Assembly: GCF_963921235.1 (NCBI RefSeq)
Contig: NC_086097.1
Coordinates: forward strand, 188,234,001-188,298,000
DNA: 64,000 nt
Source: Mobula hypostoma
Taxonomy: Eukaryota
Reading direction: 5' to 3'
Below, piece by piece: positions 1-14,159 of the stretch; positions within the stretch are counted from its first letter, which is position 1, and each line of letters opens with the position of its first letter. The translations under genes were made by a program, and so were the position numbers. The notes below the pieces were generated by a model, which worked only from the letters and a program-made list of their open reading frames with translations, was not told the origin of the DNA and did not search any database.

Positions 1-327
1 ATGCTCTGATACTCCTGATGTGTAATGCTCTTCACAATAAGAACACTGAACATTTATTCATAATTAACTAATTTCTTGCACATGTTCATCATGGATTAAT
101 TTAATGATTGAATTTCTTTAAAATGTCAACTGTGTCCTACTGAAGATCCACCAGTAGCTAATTATTTTAAATTATGCTGACAAAGATTGTGAAATTAGAT
201 TTTTATAGGGCTTTGAATACTAACTGCAAATGTTGAAGTTAACTTGAGTTCAAAAAATCTCTTGATTGGAAAGGTAAAGAGAGCTACTATTTTTAAAATT
301 GATCTATGGATTTCCTTTACCGCTTAG

Positions 328-522
328 CACCAGTCAAAAAGCCACCTCCACCAGAGGAAGTCAGTGATAAAAAGGATGAGGAGAAACCAGAGAAAGAAGA
401 TGATGAAGCCAAACTTGATGAGGAACTTGGCTGTGACATCCTTGGTTGTAAATTCAAGAAGCATCCAATCAAAAAGTTTGTACAGCGGCTAAAAATACCT
501 GAAAGTATTGACACATATTCAG
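328..522 (+). CDS. CNGB3: CNGB3 exon (human exon 5 equivalent), N-terminal region ...CDILGCKFKKHPIKKFVQRLKIPESIDTYS
   Basis: Acceptor cgcttag|ca, donor tcag|gtaac; 195 bp, phase 1-1; ends in the conserved P-x-SID motif preceding S1. The acceptor position is less certain than the donor. Confidence 0.85.
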
Positions 523-1489
523 GTAACATGTTAATCCAAGACATTTTTAAACTGTAGATTGAGTGACGTATCGAATTTTTCAATCAGTTCCCTATTTTAT
601 CTGATTCATGAAAAAACTGAACTTCCACACATTTGTATTTCAAACTTATTGCAAACATTTGATTGTTGTAGTCTGGTAAGGGCTTTGATCATTTGTTTTC
701 TGGTGTAGAACCTCAATTTTTATGGCCAATAATTTAACGGGGAAGATAGAAAAAAAAACGTGTCTCAGGTGTGTTAATAATAAGCATTCATTAATTTTTC
801 ATAATGTAGATCACATTATAAAACTATTTGGGTTTGAAATTTTCAGGTATTCTGTGAATAATGCAATATTCTAGCACTGCAAATGTGGAGGCGAGACACC
901 ACTTTATCAACAGGAAATAGTTGAGACGTGGAATAATTTAATTGTCCAAGAAGATCAAAAATCACAAATGTCTAACGGGGAAGTAATGGTTAAGGTTACG
1001 GTTACCACAGGAAAAATGAACTTTGTGAAATTTGTATTTTTTTTAGGCGTTTGGAAAATGAGATGGGAAGTTAGTTGTATTGTGATCATGGCCAATATGT
1101 CTTTTGCTTTCCATCATTTCTTTGCTATTATCCCAAAAGATTTTTGAAATAATAACAAAAAGCTGATTTAAATTTAATGTAGGTCATCTTTCTTCACCAA
1201 AGAGGAGAGTTTTTCTGTCTTTTTGTGTGAGAAAAGAGCTCTAAAATTTCATCTCAGCTATGCGTTTTTGTTAAGACTCAGTGGCAGAATCCACACAGAA
1301 TATCACTGTAGATTTTATCCCCAGTACACAGGCACCTCGTGGTGCTCAGGATGTGTCCCCAGCAACAGAAACATATGTTGCATCCTTGATAAAAAGAGAT
1401 GAACAGGGGGGTGATGTGAGAAACTGTAGTAACCAGACTGCCTTTTAACACATGGAGAAAGTTCTGCAAGATCAAGTCTCCCAACAAAC

Positions 1490-2520
1490 AAACTGTTGAA
1501 GGAAATCATTAGGTTGAGCAGCATCAGTGGACAGAAAGCAATTGTCAACCTTTTGGATCAAAATCCCTCATCAGGACTAAGAGTGGAGAGGGGAGGGAGT
1601 GATGAGGCATGGCCAGTGGGTGATTGGTATACCAAGGAGCCATAAAAGATGATGAACAGCTGGAAGGGTGGGGTTGAGTTGAGGTCAGAGACAGAGCCAA
1701 GAAGATGATCGGTGGATAGATAGAGGCAGACAAATAGAAAAAGCAGATGGAGCTAAGAATGAGGAGGGGAGGGCAAAGTTGGAGACCATTGCTGGAATTT
1801 GATAAGCAGGAACACAGTTAGCAGTGATGAAATTTGTTAAGGAAGGAAGGTGATAATGGAAGCCATTATGGAGAGGTGAAGGCAAAGATCTGGGAGGGGT
1901 GTGCACTTGGCAAAATATGTGGGTAGTAGCTGGATGGAACCAGAAGAGAGATGAGGATAAAATGCGTGATGGGCAGGAAGGGATATGTATGGGAAAGGGA
2001 ACAAAAGTGGGAGGACTGGAAGAGGATTATAAGGTGTTGGGGGGGGTTGCTAAAAGGGAATAACAGAGGTGGATGTTTCCTGAAATTAGAGAATTCAGTG
2101 TACAACCAATTGGGTTATAGACTACCCTAGCAGAATGTGAGATAATATTCTCTCATTTGCATTGGGTTTTACTCTGGCAGACAGACCAAACGATTTGGGA
2201 AAGGGAAGGGAAATTGAAATGGAATGCAACTGAGAACTTGGAATGGTCATTACAGAGAGAGAACAGGTGTACTGCAAACCTGTTCGCTAGTCTATGCTTG
2301 GACTCACCTTTGGAGAGGAGGGGACGTCAGGAGCAGCAAGTGCAGCAGTTGAGGTTGGAGAAAGAGCTGCTTAGTCTCTGGAAGGTGGTGAGGGATGTGG
2401 CATAAGAACAAGTGTAGCTGCAGGGGAATGTTCTGCAGGTCAGACAGGGCTGCATGGGCTGAGGTGAATGGAGCAGGAAGTTATGGTGGGTTCTGGTAAG
2501 CAGTGCACAATGAGGGGTGG
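1490..2520 (-). mobile_element. Old Penelope-like element remnant
   Basis: Same terminal repeat as the copies at 39.7, 46.2 and 63.5 kb (gaaggaa..cag..ggt..agcagcatc ... tcatcaggact), plus decayed similarity to their GIY-YIG region; boundaries approximate. Confidence 0.6.
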
Positions 2521-2853
2521 GTACCTTTTTAAGAGCATAGCAGGTGTGATATCTATTAGTGTTCAGGTTCCAGGAGTATGGGTACTATAAAAGATCAGTG
2601 TGCTCTGGAGAAGTAAGCTGTCAATGTATCTTAGAAAGTGAGCTAAGGATTTGCTTGAGTGTCCAATTTTTTCTACCCAAAAACTGCTGTGTTCAGAAAT
2701 ACAGGTAGCTAAATAGCTCATTAACTGCTAGACAAATTTTAAACTAAATATCAGCTGTTTCCATTGGGTGAGCTTACTGAATGACCAATGCAGCAATATA
2801 GAAAGTGCAAATCAGACAGATTGATGTATTTATGCTACTCACAAGCTAGAACA

Positions 2854-3645
2854 CAGTAGATTCCGGTTAATTGGGCCATTAGTTAATCAAGGCAGCTGTT
2901 TATTTGAGACAACTCAAAGACAAAAACTAATCGAGCAAATAAATGGGATTCCCTTTGATTATTTTGGACACGATGCCAGTTAATCAGATAGGAGACTGTT
3001 GCCAAACAGTTTTAACTAGTGACAATCACGTGCCTTTCTGCGGCCATTAGACACTATACTGTGCTTTGAGGGAACATTTGTGTTCAAAAAGTAGTGCTTT
3101 TTCTCACTGATAGCTGGAGTGAAATAAGCAGTCACACAATTTAGAACCGTTTCGTTCACTGCGGTTTCAAGCATTCAGGCTTGGAGATGCCAGAAGCAGC
3201 CAGGAGTGAAAATAAAATAATTTCACAACTTCACCAAGTTAGGAACTACAAAGAATTTGAAGGTATCAACAATCATCTTGAATATTACAATGAAAATGAA
3301 GATTTGGAGGATGCCACTGTTGAAAACATTGTAAGAAGGCAGTCATTATCCACAATTAGTGTCTGCACTGATTTTGTTCATTTACAGTCAAAAGAACACA
3401 AAAGCATACAGTAATTCAATTTCTCTGATAGCTATTAGGAACAGATACACAGTTTTTTAGTACTGTAGCATTCTTATTTGTTCAGCATTTCATTTAAATA
3501 CATAATTTGTTACTTAGTTAAAATTAGTTTGTCTTTTTTACATCTTTTTAACTATTTCCTTGAAACATTAGTTAATTGGGGCAGTGGCTTAATTTTGCCA
3601 AAAATATACTGGTGCAGATGTGTTCCAATTAACCAGCATCCACTT
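2854..3645 (+). mobile_element. Tigger/pogo-derived non-autonomous DNA transposon
   Basis: Imperfect TIRs cagtagattccggttaattgggcca / tgttccaattaaccagcatccactt followed by TA. Internal remnant TI*NRFVHCGFKHSGLEMPE resembles the pogo transposase C-terminal TI-NCF-HCGF motif. Confidence 0.7.
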
Positions 3646-3968
3646 TATTTATCTTCCCAGCTGAATATGGCTGTGTATTAACATATGCTCTGTGCCATAG
3701 GCACCTCTTACAGGCTGCATTGGAAATAGCAGTGAAAATCAAAGTGTCAATACACTGGGCTAAACTTTAACATTACAATGTACAGTGTCACAGGGACAGA
3801 TGCTGTGTCATCTATATCAACAGTCTGGATTAATGGGCTGAAAAATGGCAGATGGGATTTAAAGCAGACAAGTGTGAGATGTTGCACTTTGAGAGGACAA
3901 AGCAGGGTAGGGCTTACACGGTGAGTGGCAGGACACTGAGGAGTGTGGTAGAACAGAGGAATCTGGGA

Positions 3969-6900
3969 GGGTGATCAGCCAGATGTCGTGGTGCACATCG
4001 GTACCAATGACATAGCAAGGAAGAGTGAGGAGGTCCTGGAGAGTGAGTATAGGGAGCTTGATAGGAAGTTGAAAAGCAGGACCTCGAGGGTGGTAATCTC
4101 AGGATTGCTACCTGTGCTACGTGCCAGTGAGGGTAGGAATAGGATGCTCTGAAGGATGAACAAGTGGCTGAGGAACTGGTGTAGGGGGCAGGGTTTCAGA
4201 TTTCAGGATAATTGGGACCTCTTCCGGGGCAGGTGGGACCTGTACAAGAGAGATGGGTTACACTTGAACTACAGGGGGACCAATATCCTTTCAGGGAGGT
4301 TTGTTAGTGCTATTGGGGAGGCTTTAAACTAGATTTGCAGGGGGATGGGAACCAGAGTGCCAGAGCTGACAGTATGGCTGGGGTGAAAATAAATGTTGTT
4401 AAAAGTTCAAGCAAATCCGCTAATAGAAAGGTTGTGAGTGGTGGTAAAAATCTTCTGAGGTGTATATATTTCAATGCGAGGAGTATTGCGGGGAAGGCAG
4501 ATGAGTTGAGGGCGTGGATTGACACGTGGAATTATGACGTTATAGCAATTAGTGAAACTTGGTTACAGGAGGGGCAGAACTGGCAGCTTAATATTCCAGG
4601 GTTCCGATGTTTCAGATGTGATCGAGGCAGAGGAATGAAAGGTGGGGGAGTAGCATTGCTTGTTAGGGGAAATATTACAGCAGTGCTCAGGCAGGACAGA
4701 TTAGAGGGCTTGTCTACTGAGTCCTTATGGGTGGAGCTGAGAAACAGGAAAGGTATGGCCACATTAGTGGGATTGTATTACAGACCACCCAATAGTCAAC
4801 GAGAATTGGAAGAGCAAATCTGCAGGGAGATAGCAGGCAACTGCAGGAAACATAAAGTTGTGGTGGTAGGGGATTTTAATTTTCAATATATTGATTGGGA
4901 TTCCCATACTGTTAGGGGTCTAGATGGTTTAGAGTTTGTAAAATGTGTTCAGGAAAGTTTTCTAAATCAATATATAGAGGGACCAACTAGAGGGGATGCA
5001 ATATTGGATCTCCTATTAGGAAACGAGTTAGGACAAGTGACAGAAGTCTGTGTAGGGGAGCACTTTGGTTCCAATGATCATAACACCATTAGTTTCAACT
5101 TGATCATGGACAAGGATAGATCTGGTCCTAGGGTTGAGGTTCTTATCTGGAAGAAGGCCAAATTTGAAGAAATGAGAAAGGATGTAAGAAGCGTGGATTG
5201 GGACAGGTTGTTCTCTGGCAAGGATGTGATCGGTAGGTGGGAAGCCTACAAAGGAGAAATTTTGAGAGTGCAGAATTTCTATGTTCCTGTCAGGATTAAA
5301 GGCAAAGTGAATAGGAATAAGGAACCTTGGTTCTCAAGGGATATTGCAACTCTGATAAAGAAGAAGAGGGAGTTGTATGACATGTATAGGAAGCAGGGAG
5401 TAAATAAGGTGCTTTAGGAGTATAAGAAGTGCAAGAAAATACTTAAGAAAGAAATCAGGAGGGCTAAAAGAAGACATGAGGTTGCCTTGGCAGTCAAAGT
5501 GAAGGATAATCCAAAGAGCTTTTACAGGTATATTAAGAGCAAAAGGATTGTAAGGGATAAAATTGGTCCTCTTGAAGATCAGAGTGGTCGGCTATGTGCA
5601 GAACCAAAGGAAATGGGGGAGATCTTAAATAGGTTTTTTGCGTCTGTATTTACTAAGGAAACTGGCATGAAGTCTATGGAATTAGGGGAAACAAGTAGTG
5701 AGATCATGGAAACTGTACAGATCGAAAAGGAGGAGGTCCTTGCTGTCTTGAGGAAAATTAAAGTGGATAAATCCCCGGGACCTGACAGAGTGTTCCCTCG
5801 AACCTTGAAGGAGACTAGTGTTGAAATTGCAGGGGCCCTGGCAGAAATATTTAAAATGTCGCTGTCTACAGGTGAGGTGCCGGAGGATTGGAGAGTGGCT
5901 CATGTTATTCCGTTGTATAAAAAAGGATCGAAAAGTAATCTGGGCAATTATAGGCCGGTAAGTTTAAAGTCAGTAGTAGGTAAGTTATTGGAGGGAGTAC
6001 TAAGAGACAGAATCTACAAGCATTTGGATAGACAGGGACTTATTAGGGAGAGTCAACATGGCTTTGTGCGTGGTAGATCATGTTTGACCAATCTATTGGA
6101 GTTTTTCGAGGAGGTTACCAGGAAAGTGGATGAAGGGAAGGCAGTGGATATTGTCTACATGGACTTCAGTAAGGCCTTTGACAAGGTCCCGCATGGGAGG
6201 TTAGTTAGGAAAATTCAGTCGCTAGGTATACATGGAGAGGTGGTAAATTGGATCAGACATTGGCTCAATGGAAGAAGCCAAAGAGTGGTAGTAGAGAATT
6301 GCTTCCCCGAGTGGAGGCCTGTGACTAGTGGTGTGCCACAGGGATCATTGCTGGGTCCATTGTTATTTGTCATCTATATCAATGATCTGGATGATAATGT
6401 GGTAAATTGGATCAGCAAATTTGCTGATGATACAAAGATTGGAGGTGTAGTAGACAGTGAGGAAGGTTTTCAGAGCCTGCAGAGGGACTTGGACCAGCTG
6501 GAAAAATGGGCTGAAAAATGGCAGATGCAGTTTAATGCAGACAAGTGTGAGGTATTGAACGTTGGAAGGTCAAACCAAGGTAGAACATACAGGGTTAATG
6601 GTAAGGCACTGAGGAGTGCAGTGGAACAGAGGGATCTGGGAATACAGATACAAAATTCCCTAAAAGTGGCGTCACAGGTAGATAGAGTCGTAAAGAGAGC
6701 TTTTGGTACATTGGCCTTTATTAATCAAGGTATTGAGTATAAGAGCTGGATTGTTATGATGAGGTTGTATAAGGCATTGGTGAGGCCGAATCTGGAGTAT
6801 TGTGTTCAGTTTTACAGGAAGGATATAAATAAGGTTGAAAGAGTGCAGAGAAGGTTTACAAGGATGTTGCCGGGACTTGAGAAACTCAGTTACAGAGAAA

Positions 6901-7329
6901 GGTTGAATAGGTTAGGACTTTATTCCCTGGAGCGTAGAAGAATGAGGGGAGATTTGATAGAGGTATATAAAATTATGATGGGTATAGATAGAGTGAATGC
7001 AAGCAGGCTTTTTCCACTGAGGCAAGGGGAGAAAAAAACCAGAGGACATGGGTTAAGAGTGAGGGGGGAAAAGTTTAAAGGGAACATTAGCTGGGGCTTC
7101 TTCACACAGAGAGTGGTGGGAGTATGGAATGAGCTGCCAGACGAGGTGATAAATGCGGGTTCTTTTTTAACATTTAAGAATAAATTGGACAGATACATGG
7201 ATTGGAGGTGTATGGAGGGATATGGTCCGTGTGCAGGTCAGTGGGACTGGGCAGAAAATGGTTTGACACAGCCAAGAAGGGCCAAAAGGCCTGTTTCTGT
7301 GCTATAGTTTCTATGGTTCTATGGTTCTA
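3969..7329 (+). mobile_element. Young 5'-truncated CR1 LINE: ORF1 esterase C-terminus plus nearly intact ORF2 (APE endonuclease + RT)
   Basis: ORF1 end has HIGTND and DGLHLN esterase motifs. ORF2 4335-7307 has ISETW, GDFN, GVPQGS and FADD, with a single stop at 5415-5417. 3' tail (TTCTATGG)n. Confidence 0.95.
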
Positions 7330-10300
7330 ATACAGGTACATAATTCCTTGAAGGTGGCTTAAGTGTAGATAGGGTTATAAGGAAAGGTTTAGGCATATTG
7401 GCCTTCATGAATCAGGAGTTCAGTACAGGAGTTGGGATGGTATGTTGGTGAGGCCTAATTTGGAGTATTGTGTGCAGTTTTTGTCACTTACTTAATGGAA
7501 AGATGTAAATAAGGTTGAAAGAGGGCAACAGAGGGCGGTTGGGCTGAGTGGGGTGGCTGCGAGCGGCTGTGCTGTCTGGGCTGTGGCTGAATTGGGAGTG
7601 ACAGCGGAGAGACTGAGGCGCTGAAACTGTTGGGGTGTTGTGGGGGACATTCTGTGGGAATATTGACCAACGGCCTGTATAGGTCAGGAACAATATTCGT
7701 ACACGATTCCTTGCAAACTCTGATAGGATGGCAGGGAGGGAGACTAATGGTGACAGCAACAGCTCAGAGTTTGAGTGGGAAGAGGTGGGGAGAGGGACTG
7801 AGAACAGGAAGGTGAAAGGTCGGAAGAGAAAGAAAGGAGGTGGGTCTAGTGTAGGTGGATTGGAAAGTGAGGGAAGAGAAGTTGAGGAGAAGGGTCCGAG
7901 GGCAAAAATGTAGTGGTAAGATTTGAGGGGGAAGGGGGAGTAAAGAAAATCAATCCACTTAAGCTAACAAAAATCATCAGAGGACAAGTAGGGGAAGTGA
8001 GCCATGCGAGAATTTTAGGAAATGGAAACCTGCTGATAGTATGTAAAACTGAAGAGCAGATGGAGAAGGCAATGAAGGTGACGAATGTTGGGAAAGTCAA
8101 AGTGTCCAGTGTTGTAAGAGTTGGAGCACAAAGGGTCAATGGTTGCAAGGGGGTGATCTCCGGGGTTCCCCTCAGTGTTAATATGAAGGAGCTAGTAGAG
8201 AACTTGAGGGTAAGGAATGGTTCAGTGAAGAGTGTGAAAAGAATGACAAATGGAGCAGAGAAAAGGGAGACTGAAACCGTTCTGGTAGAATTTGAGGATA
8301 AGGTGCCTCCAAAGGAGTTATATTTTGGATTTCTACGATACTGTGTAAGAGAATATATACCAAAACCTATGAGGTGTTTCAATTGCCAGGAGTTTGGGTA
8401 TGTGGCCAAACTGTGCAAAGGAAAGAGAAGATGTGCAAGATGTGGTGGGGAGCATGAGTATGGAAAATGTGGAGAGGGAGTGAGACCAAAATGCTGTAAT
8501 TGTGGAGGTAACCATAGTGTAGCGTACTGGGGGTGTGAAGTGTTGAAAAAAGAGGTGGAGGTGCAGCAGAGAAGGGTGAAGGAAGAAGTCTCAAGTGGCA
8601 GCTAAAGAAAGGCAAGATAAGAAGAATGCATGGATAGAGAAGAAGAAATTGGTAACCTTTATAGCAGGAGAGGTAAACGCAACTTATGAGATCAAATCTA
8701 AACCTGAAAGGATTCAGATTATTGTGAAAGCTACAGAGCACCATTTGGATATGATAGGATTAAAATGGGAAGAAGTAAACGATGAACTCAGGGTACAGTC
8801 AAGTCAAGAGACAGTATGTGTGGGTTGATATTACTAATAATTTTACTTCTTCAATGGAATGCAAGAAGCCTGATTGCTAATGGACAAGATTTCAAGCAGT
8901 TTATAGCTAGTAGGAGAGAAAAGCCAGATGTTGTGTGTATCCAGGAGAACTGGTTAAAACCTAATTTGGATTTTGTTTTATATGGTTGTGTGGCAGTAAG
9001 GTGAGACAGGAGAGAGGTGGGGAGGAGGAGGATGTGCAACTTATGTAAAGCAAGGTATTCCTTATAGAATACTAGGTATAGGAAGTGAACAAGAGTATGT
9101 GGTAGTAAAAATATGGGCTGAAAGGAAAGAGTTGGTGATTGTGAATTATTATAATCCATGCAAAAGACTAGAGTTAAACAAGCTTGAGGAGATAGAAGGG
9201 CAGAATAGTAGTAATGTTGTTTGGTGTGGTGATTTTAATGGACATAATGTATTATGGGGGAGTGACAGAATAGACATCAATTGTCAGGTAATAGAGGAGT
9301 TGCTAGATGTATTTAGTGTGCCTAAATGATGGCAGTAGTACTAGAATTGATGTTAATACAGGTAAAGAATCTGTGCTTGATCTTACATTAGTACCAAACT
9401 CTATTGCATCAGTGTGTGATTGGTTAGTGTACCAAGAATGAACTGTAGGGAGTGATCATTACCCAATCTGGTGCAAGATAAATATTTCTGCCTCATTGGT
9501 TACAGGGAATACAGGTGGGAAATGGATCCTTGAAAAAGCCAGTTGGGAGAAATTTCTGGAAAAAAATGAAAGATATCTAAGTCAGGTCAGTGATGGAATG
9601 GACATAGAAACACTTGACAGCATATTAAAACAAGGTATAATATCAGCTACATTAGAATCCATTCCTAAAAGTAAAGGAAGAATAAAGAAGAGGATAATAC
9701 CATGGTGGGGTGACAATTGTAAGGAAGCAGTGAGAAATATAAATAAGGCATTTAAACTGGTTAAAATAACTCATAACTTCCAACATATGATTCAGTACAA
9801 ACAAGCAGTAGTAAGGAGGACAATAGGACATGCTAAAAGGACGCACTGGAGAAAGTATTGTGATTCAATCGGAAACAACTCAAGTAGGAGAGGTGTGAGG
9901 GATGAAAAAAAGGATGGGAGGGGAGGTATCCAGTTCTGGTTGATGGAAATGTGACTGCAGTAACAAATAAGGAAAAGGCAGAGTTGTTTGCAAACATTTT
10001 TGTTATGGTACATAGTTCCGATAGTTTGTCTGAGAAGGGAAGACGAGGTAGAGAGCGAACAAAAGCTGAAAATATGGAGGCTTTATATAGGAAAACTAAC
10101 CTTGACGGTGTGCAAGATGTCCCTTTCAGCATGGGAGAATTAAGAAAGGCACTAGATAAAACAGGAAAGACTGCGCCAGGTAAAGATGAAATATGTTATA
10201 TTATGATCAAACACTTGAGTGAAGGAAGTCTGGAGAAACTACTGCTTCTGTATAACAAAGTCTGGGATGAAGGGAGAATACCAGGGAGCAGGAAAGAGGC

Positions 10301-11100
10301 AATAATTATTCCAATAAGGAAACCTGGAAAAGATGCCAGCAGGACAGAAAACTACAGGCCAATTGCCTTGATGTCACATGTATGTAAACTTACGGAATGT
10401 ATGATAAATAAGAGGTTAGTGTACTTCTTGTAAAGTAGAGGTATGGTGGCTACGTATCGAAGCAGGTTCAGGAAAGGAAGGAATACTATGGATCCAGTGT
10501 TGTGTCTAGAGAATGAAATAAGAAAAGCTCAAGTAAATAAAGAGACAGTGGTTGCAGTTTTTTTGATGTTAAGAAAGCTTATGATATGTTCTGGAAAGAG
10601 GGGCTCCTAATCAAGCTACACTTAATGGGAATCGGGGGTGGGGGGGCGATGTTCAGTTGGGTTAAGGACATTTTAAACGGGAGAACTATTCAGGTGAAGA
10701 TAGGATCAGAGCTATCAAGCCAGTATGTTGTAGAAAACGGGACGCCTCGGGGAGTGTAGTGAGTCCAACTTTATTCTCCATTTTGATAAATGATATATTC
10801 GTAAATATTCCAACGGAAGTGGGGAGGTCATTGTTTGCAGATGATGGGGCTTAGTGGAAAAGAGGGAGAAATATTGAACATATAGTTACGAAAATGCAAG
10901 ATGGAATTAATCAAGTTGAAGAGTGGGGGACAAAGTGGGGTGTTAAATTTTCCGTGGAGAAGACAAAAGCCATGTTCTTTACAAGGAAAAAGCTCAGGAG
11001 ACTTAATTTGAATCTGTATGGATTCAAACCTGGAGAGAGTTGAAAGTTTTCGGTTTTTTGGGAGTGCACTTTGACTTGAGATTAACATGGAAAGAACATG

Positions 11101-11797
11101 TGTAAGGGGATTTCGACTTTTATGTTACTGCGGAGGCTAATTAAAATGGCGTCTTTGTTATGTTAATGTGGGGAATGCGGCTTTGTTGTGTTAAACGCTG
11201 AGATAGTTTGCGCTAGCGGCTTGTTTTGGTTTAGAGGGTGATAAGAGAGTGCTATTAACCAATTGGAATAGTTGTTATGGTTTTGGTGTATTTGAAGATA
11301 CTGTATGCGCGGGGTTTTGGGGCAGAAGGCAGGAGAGAGAGAGAGACAGAGGATGGATGAGGTGCTGTGATGTCCGCTAACGGGGTCGGACCCCGAGGAG
11401 GGCGTTTGGCGAGGAGACAGAGACGGACTCGTGTGGAGCGTCTGGTCGACCACCGTTGTTGGTCTCAGGCGGCCAGTTGAGGTGGTCCGAGGGGTCGCAG
11501 GGTGAAGAAGAAGGTCCTTGAGCTCCAACGGTTTGGTGCACGAAGAGATTGAACTTTGATAAGTGTGGCGCCTTTTATTTTCCTTTTATATTTTATTCTC
11601 TCTTAATTATATAGTTCCAGTAATATCTATAAACTGTAAATCATTTAATTGCATCTGGTGTATTGTCTGTTATTTGGGCGGGGTGGGGTACATCACACAG
11701 CATCCACACAAACGAATTATCCAGTTTGGCGGGACCGAGGCTGTTTCCCTAGACGACAGCGAGCCCAGCGAGCCTGGGGACGGCCAGGGGGGCTACA
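11101..11797. mobile_element. Solo LTR (Gypsy/ERV-like) inside Nimb ORF2
   Basis: TG...CA ends (tgtaag ... gctaca) with perfect 4-bp TSD CATG; removing it restores Nimb RLTWKEH|VKYVVTKCK. Confidence 0.85.
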
Positions 11798-12904
11798 CAT
11801 GTTAAATATGTAGTTACTAAATGCAAAAATGTGATAAATATGATGAAGTGTCTTGCTGGATTGGAATGGGGTGCTGATTTTGCATCACTGAAGTATATTT
11901 ATGTAGCATTAATGAGATCAAGATTAGACTATGGAAGTATTGTATACGGGTCAGCAGCAAAATCTGTGCTAGCAGAACTGGATATCGTGCAAGCTCGGGC
12001 TCTAAGGGTGTGCTTGGGAGCAGTTAGAACTTCCCCAGTGTGTGCACTCTAAATTGAAGCAAATGAAATGCCATTGGGGCTGCAGCGTAAACAGCTGGAG
12101 GCCAACTACTGGATTAACTTAAGGGGGCATGGTGATAGCCATCCTACAAAAAGGGTGTTGCAGACATGCTGGGAGAAGGAGAGGACACAAAAAGAAAGTT
12201 TTGGCTGGACAGGACAGCAAACAGCAAAAGATATGGGTGTATACGATAAACAGTTTTGTCCAAGTGTGGTGTGGCCTGTCAGACCTTTCTGGGCATTAGA
12301 AAATCCCTCTGTAGATTTGGAATTGCTTAAGATTAAACACAGTAATAAGATGGCTGATATAGTGAATATCATAATTATAGGGAATGTAAATATAAAGACA
12401 TACAGATTTTTACAGATGGATCAAAGGATCTAGAAACAGGTGCAACAGGGTCTGCAATTATTGTGCCAAGTTATCAAGTGGAAATTAGCAAGAGAACACC
12501 TGATCGCTTGAGTGTATATGCAGCTGAAATGTTTGCCATATTGTTAGCACTAGAATGGAGTGAGCAGGTTCATTGTAATAATATTGTGATAAGTAGCAAT
12601 TCTGTATCAGCCCTTGCAAGCATTAAGGTGAGTACAACTAGTGGTCACCAGGATCTGCTTTATGAAATCCTGTTTGCAAATTCAAGACTGGCTAAACAAG
12701 GCAAAAATATCACATTCATGTGGGTTCCAACACATTCAGGTATTATGGGAAATGAGACAGCAGATAGGCTGGCAAAAGCAGCAGTCCAAAAAGGATCTAT
12801 AGAGGTCAATATTAAACTATCAAAATCAGAGGGGAAGAGCATAGTGTGGAGAAGGATAAATCAACAGTGGCAGCAGCATTGGGATAGAGCAATAAAAGGA
12901 AGAC

Positions 12905-14159
12905 TTTTTTTTGAGGATGTAACTATGAAAATAGACGAGGGAGAGCCAGTGAATGTAGTGTACCTGGACTTTCAGAAAGCCTTTTTGATAAGGTCCCACA
13001 TAGATTAGTGGGCAAAATTAGAGCACGTGGTATTGGGGGTAAGATACTGACATGGATCGTAAATTGGTTGTCAGACAGGAAACAAAGAGTAGGGATTAAC
13101 GGATCCCTTTCAGAATGGCAGGTGGTGACTAGTGGGGTACCGCAAGGCTCGGTGCTGGGACCGCAGCTATTTACAATATACATTAATGATTTAGATGAAG
13201 GGATTAAAAGTAACATTAGCAAATTTGCAGATGACACAAAGCTGGGTGGCAGTGTGAAATGTGTGGAGGATGTTGAGATAATGCAGGATGACTTGAACAG
13301 GTTGGGTGAGTGGGCAGATAGTGGGCAAATGCATGGCAGATGCAGTTTAATGTGGATAACTGTGAGGTTATCCACTTTGGTGGCAAGAACAGGAAGGCAG
13401 ATTACTATTTGAATGGTGTCAAGTTAGGAAAAGGGGAAGTACAACGAGATTTTGATGACCTTGTTCATTAGTCACTGAAAGTAAGCATGCAGGTACAGCA
13501 GGCAGTGAAGAAAGCTAATGGCATTTTGATCTTCATAACAAGGGGGGTTGAGTATAGGAGCAAAGAGGTCCTTCTGCAGTTGTACAGGGCCCTGGTGAGA
13601 CCACACCCAGAGTATTGTGTACAGTTTTGGTCTCCAAATTTGAGGAAGGACATTCTTGCTATTGAGGGAGTGCAGCGGAGGTTCACGAGGTTAATTCCCG
13701 GGATGGCGGGACTGTCATATGTTGAAAGGTTGGAGCGACTGGGGTTGTATACACTGGAATTTAGAAGGATGAGAGGGGATCTGATTGAAACATATAAGAT
13801 TATTAAGGGATTGGACACACTAGAGGCAGGAAACATGTTCCCGATGTTGGGGGAGTCCAGATCCAGAGGCCACAATTTGAGAATGCGTAGGCCATTTAGA
13901 ACAGAGTTGAGGAAAAATCTTTTCACCCAGACAGCTGTGGATCTGTGGAATGCACTGTCTCAGAAGGCAGTGGAGGCCAATTCTCTGGATGCTTTCAAGA
14001 AAGAGTTAGATAGAGCTCTTAAGGATAGCGGAGTGAAGGGATATGGCGAGAAGGCAGGAAAAGGGTACTGATTGTGGATGATCAGCCATGATCACAGTGA
14101 ATGGCAGTGCTGGCTCAAAGGGCCGAATGGCCTACTCCTGCACATATTATCTATTGTCT
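12905..14159 (+). mobile_element. 5'-truncated CR1 LINE inside Nimb ORF2
   Basis: RT motifs [18 protein letters not shown] and FADDTK; 3' end ctattgtcta; the flanks rejoin as Nimb WDRAIKGR-HLHSIQ. Confidence 0.9.

Noticed and set aside
306..557. Stand-alone 83-aa acidic ORF
   Set aside because: It is a CNGB3 exon plus intronic read-through; the same applies to ORFs 16890-17195 and 54484-54675.
7846..13926. Long minus-strand ORFs (7846-8418, 12923-13375, 13468-13926)
   Set aside because: Antisense shadows of Nimb/CR1 coding sequence, with no independent protein signal.
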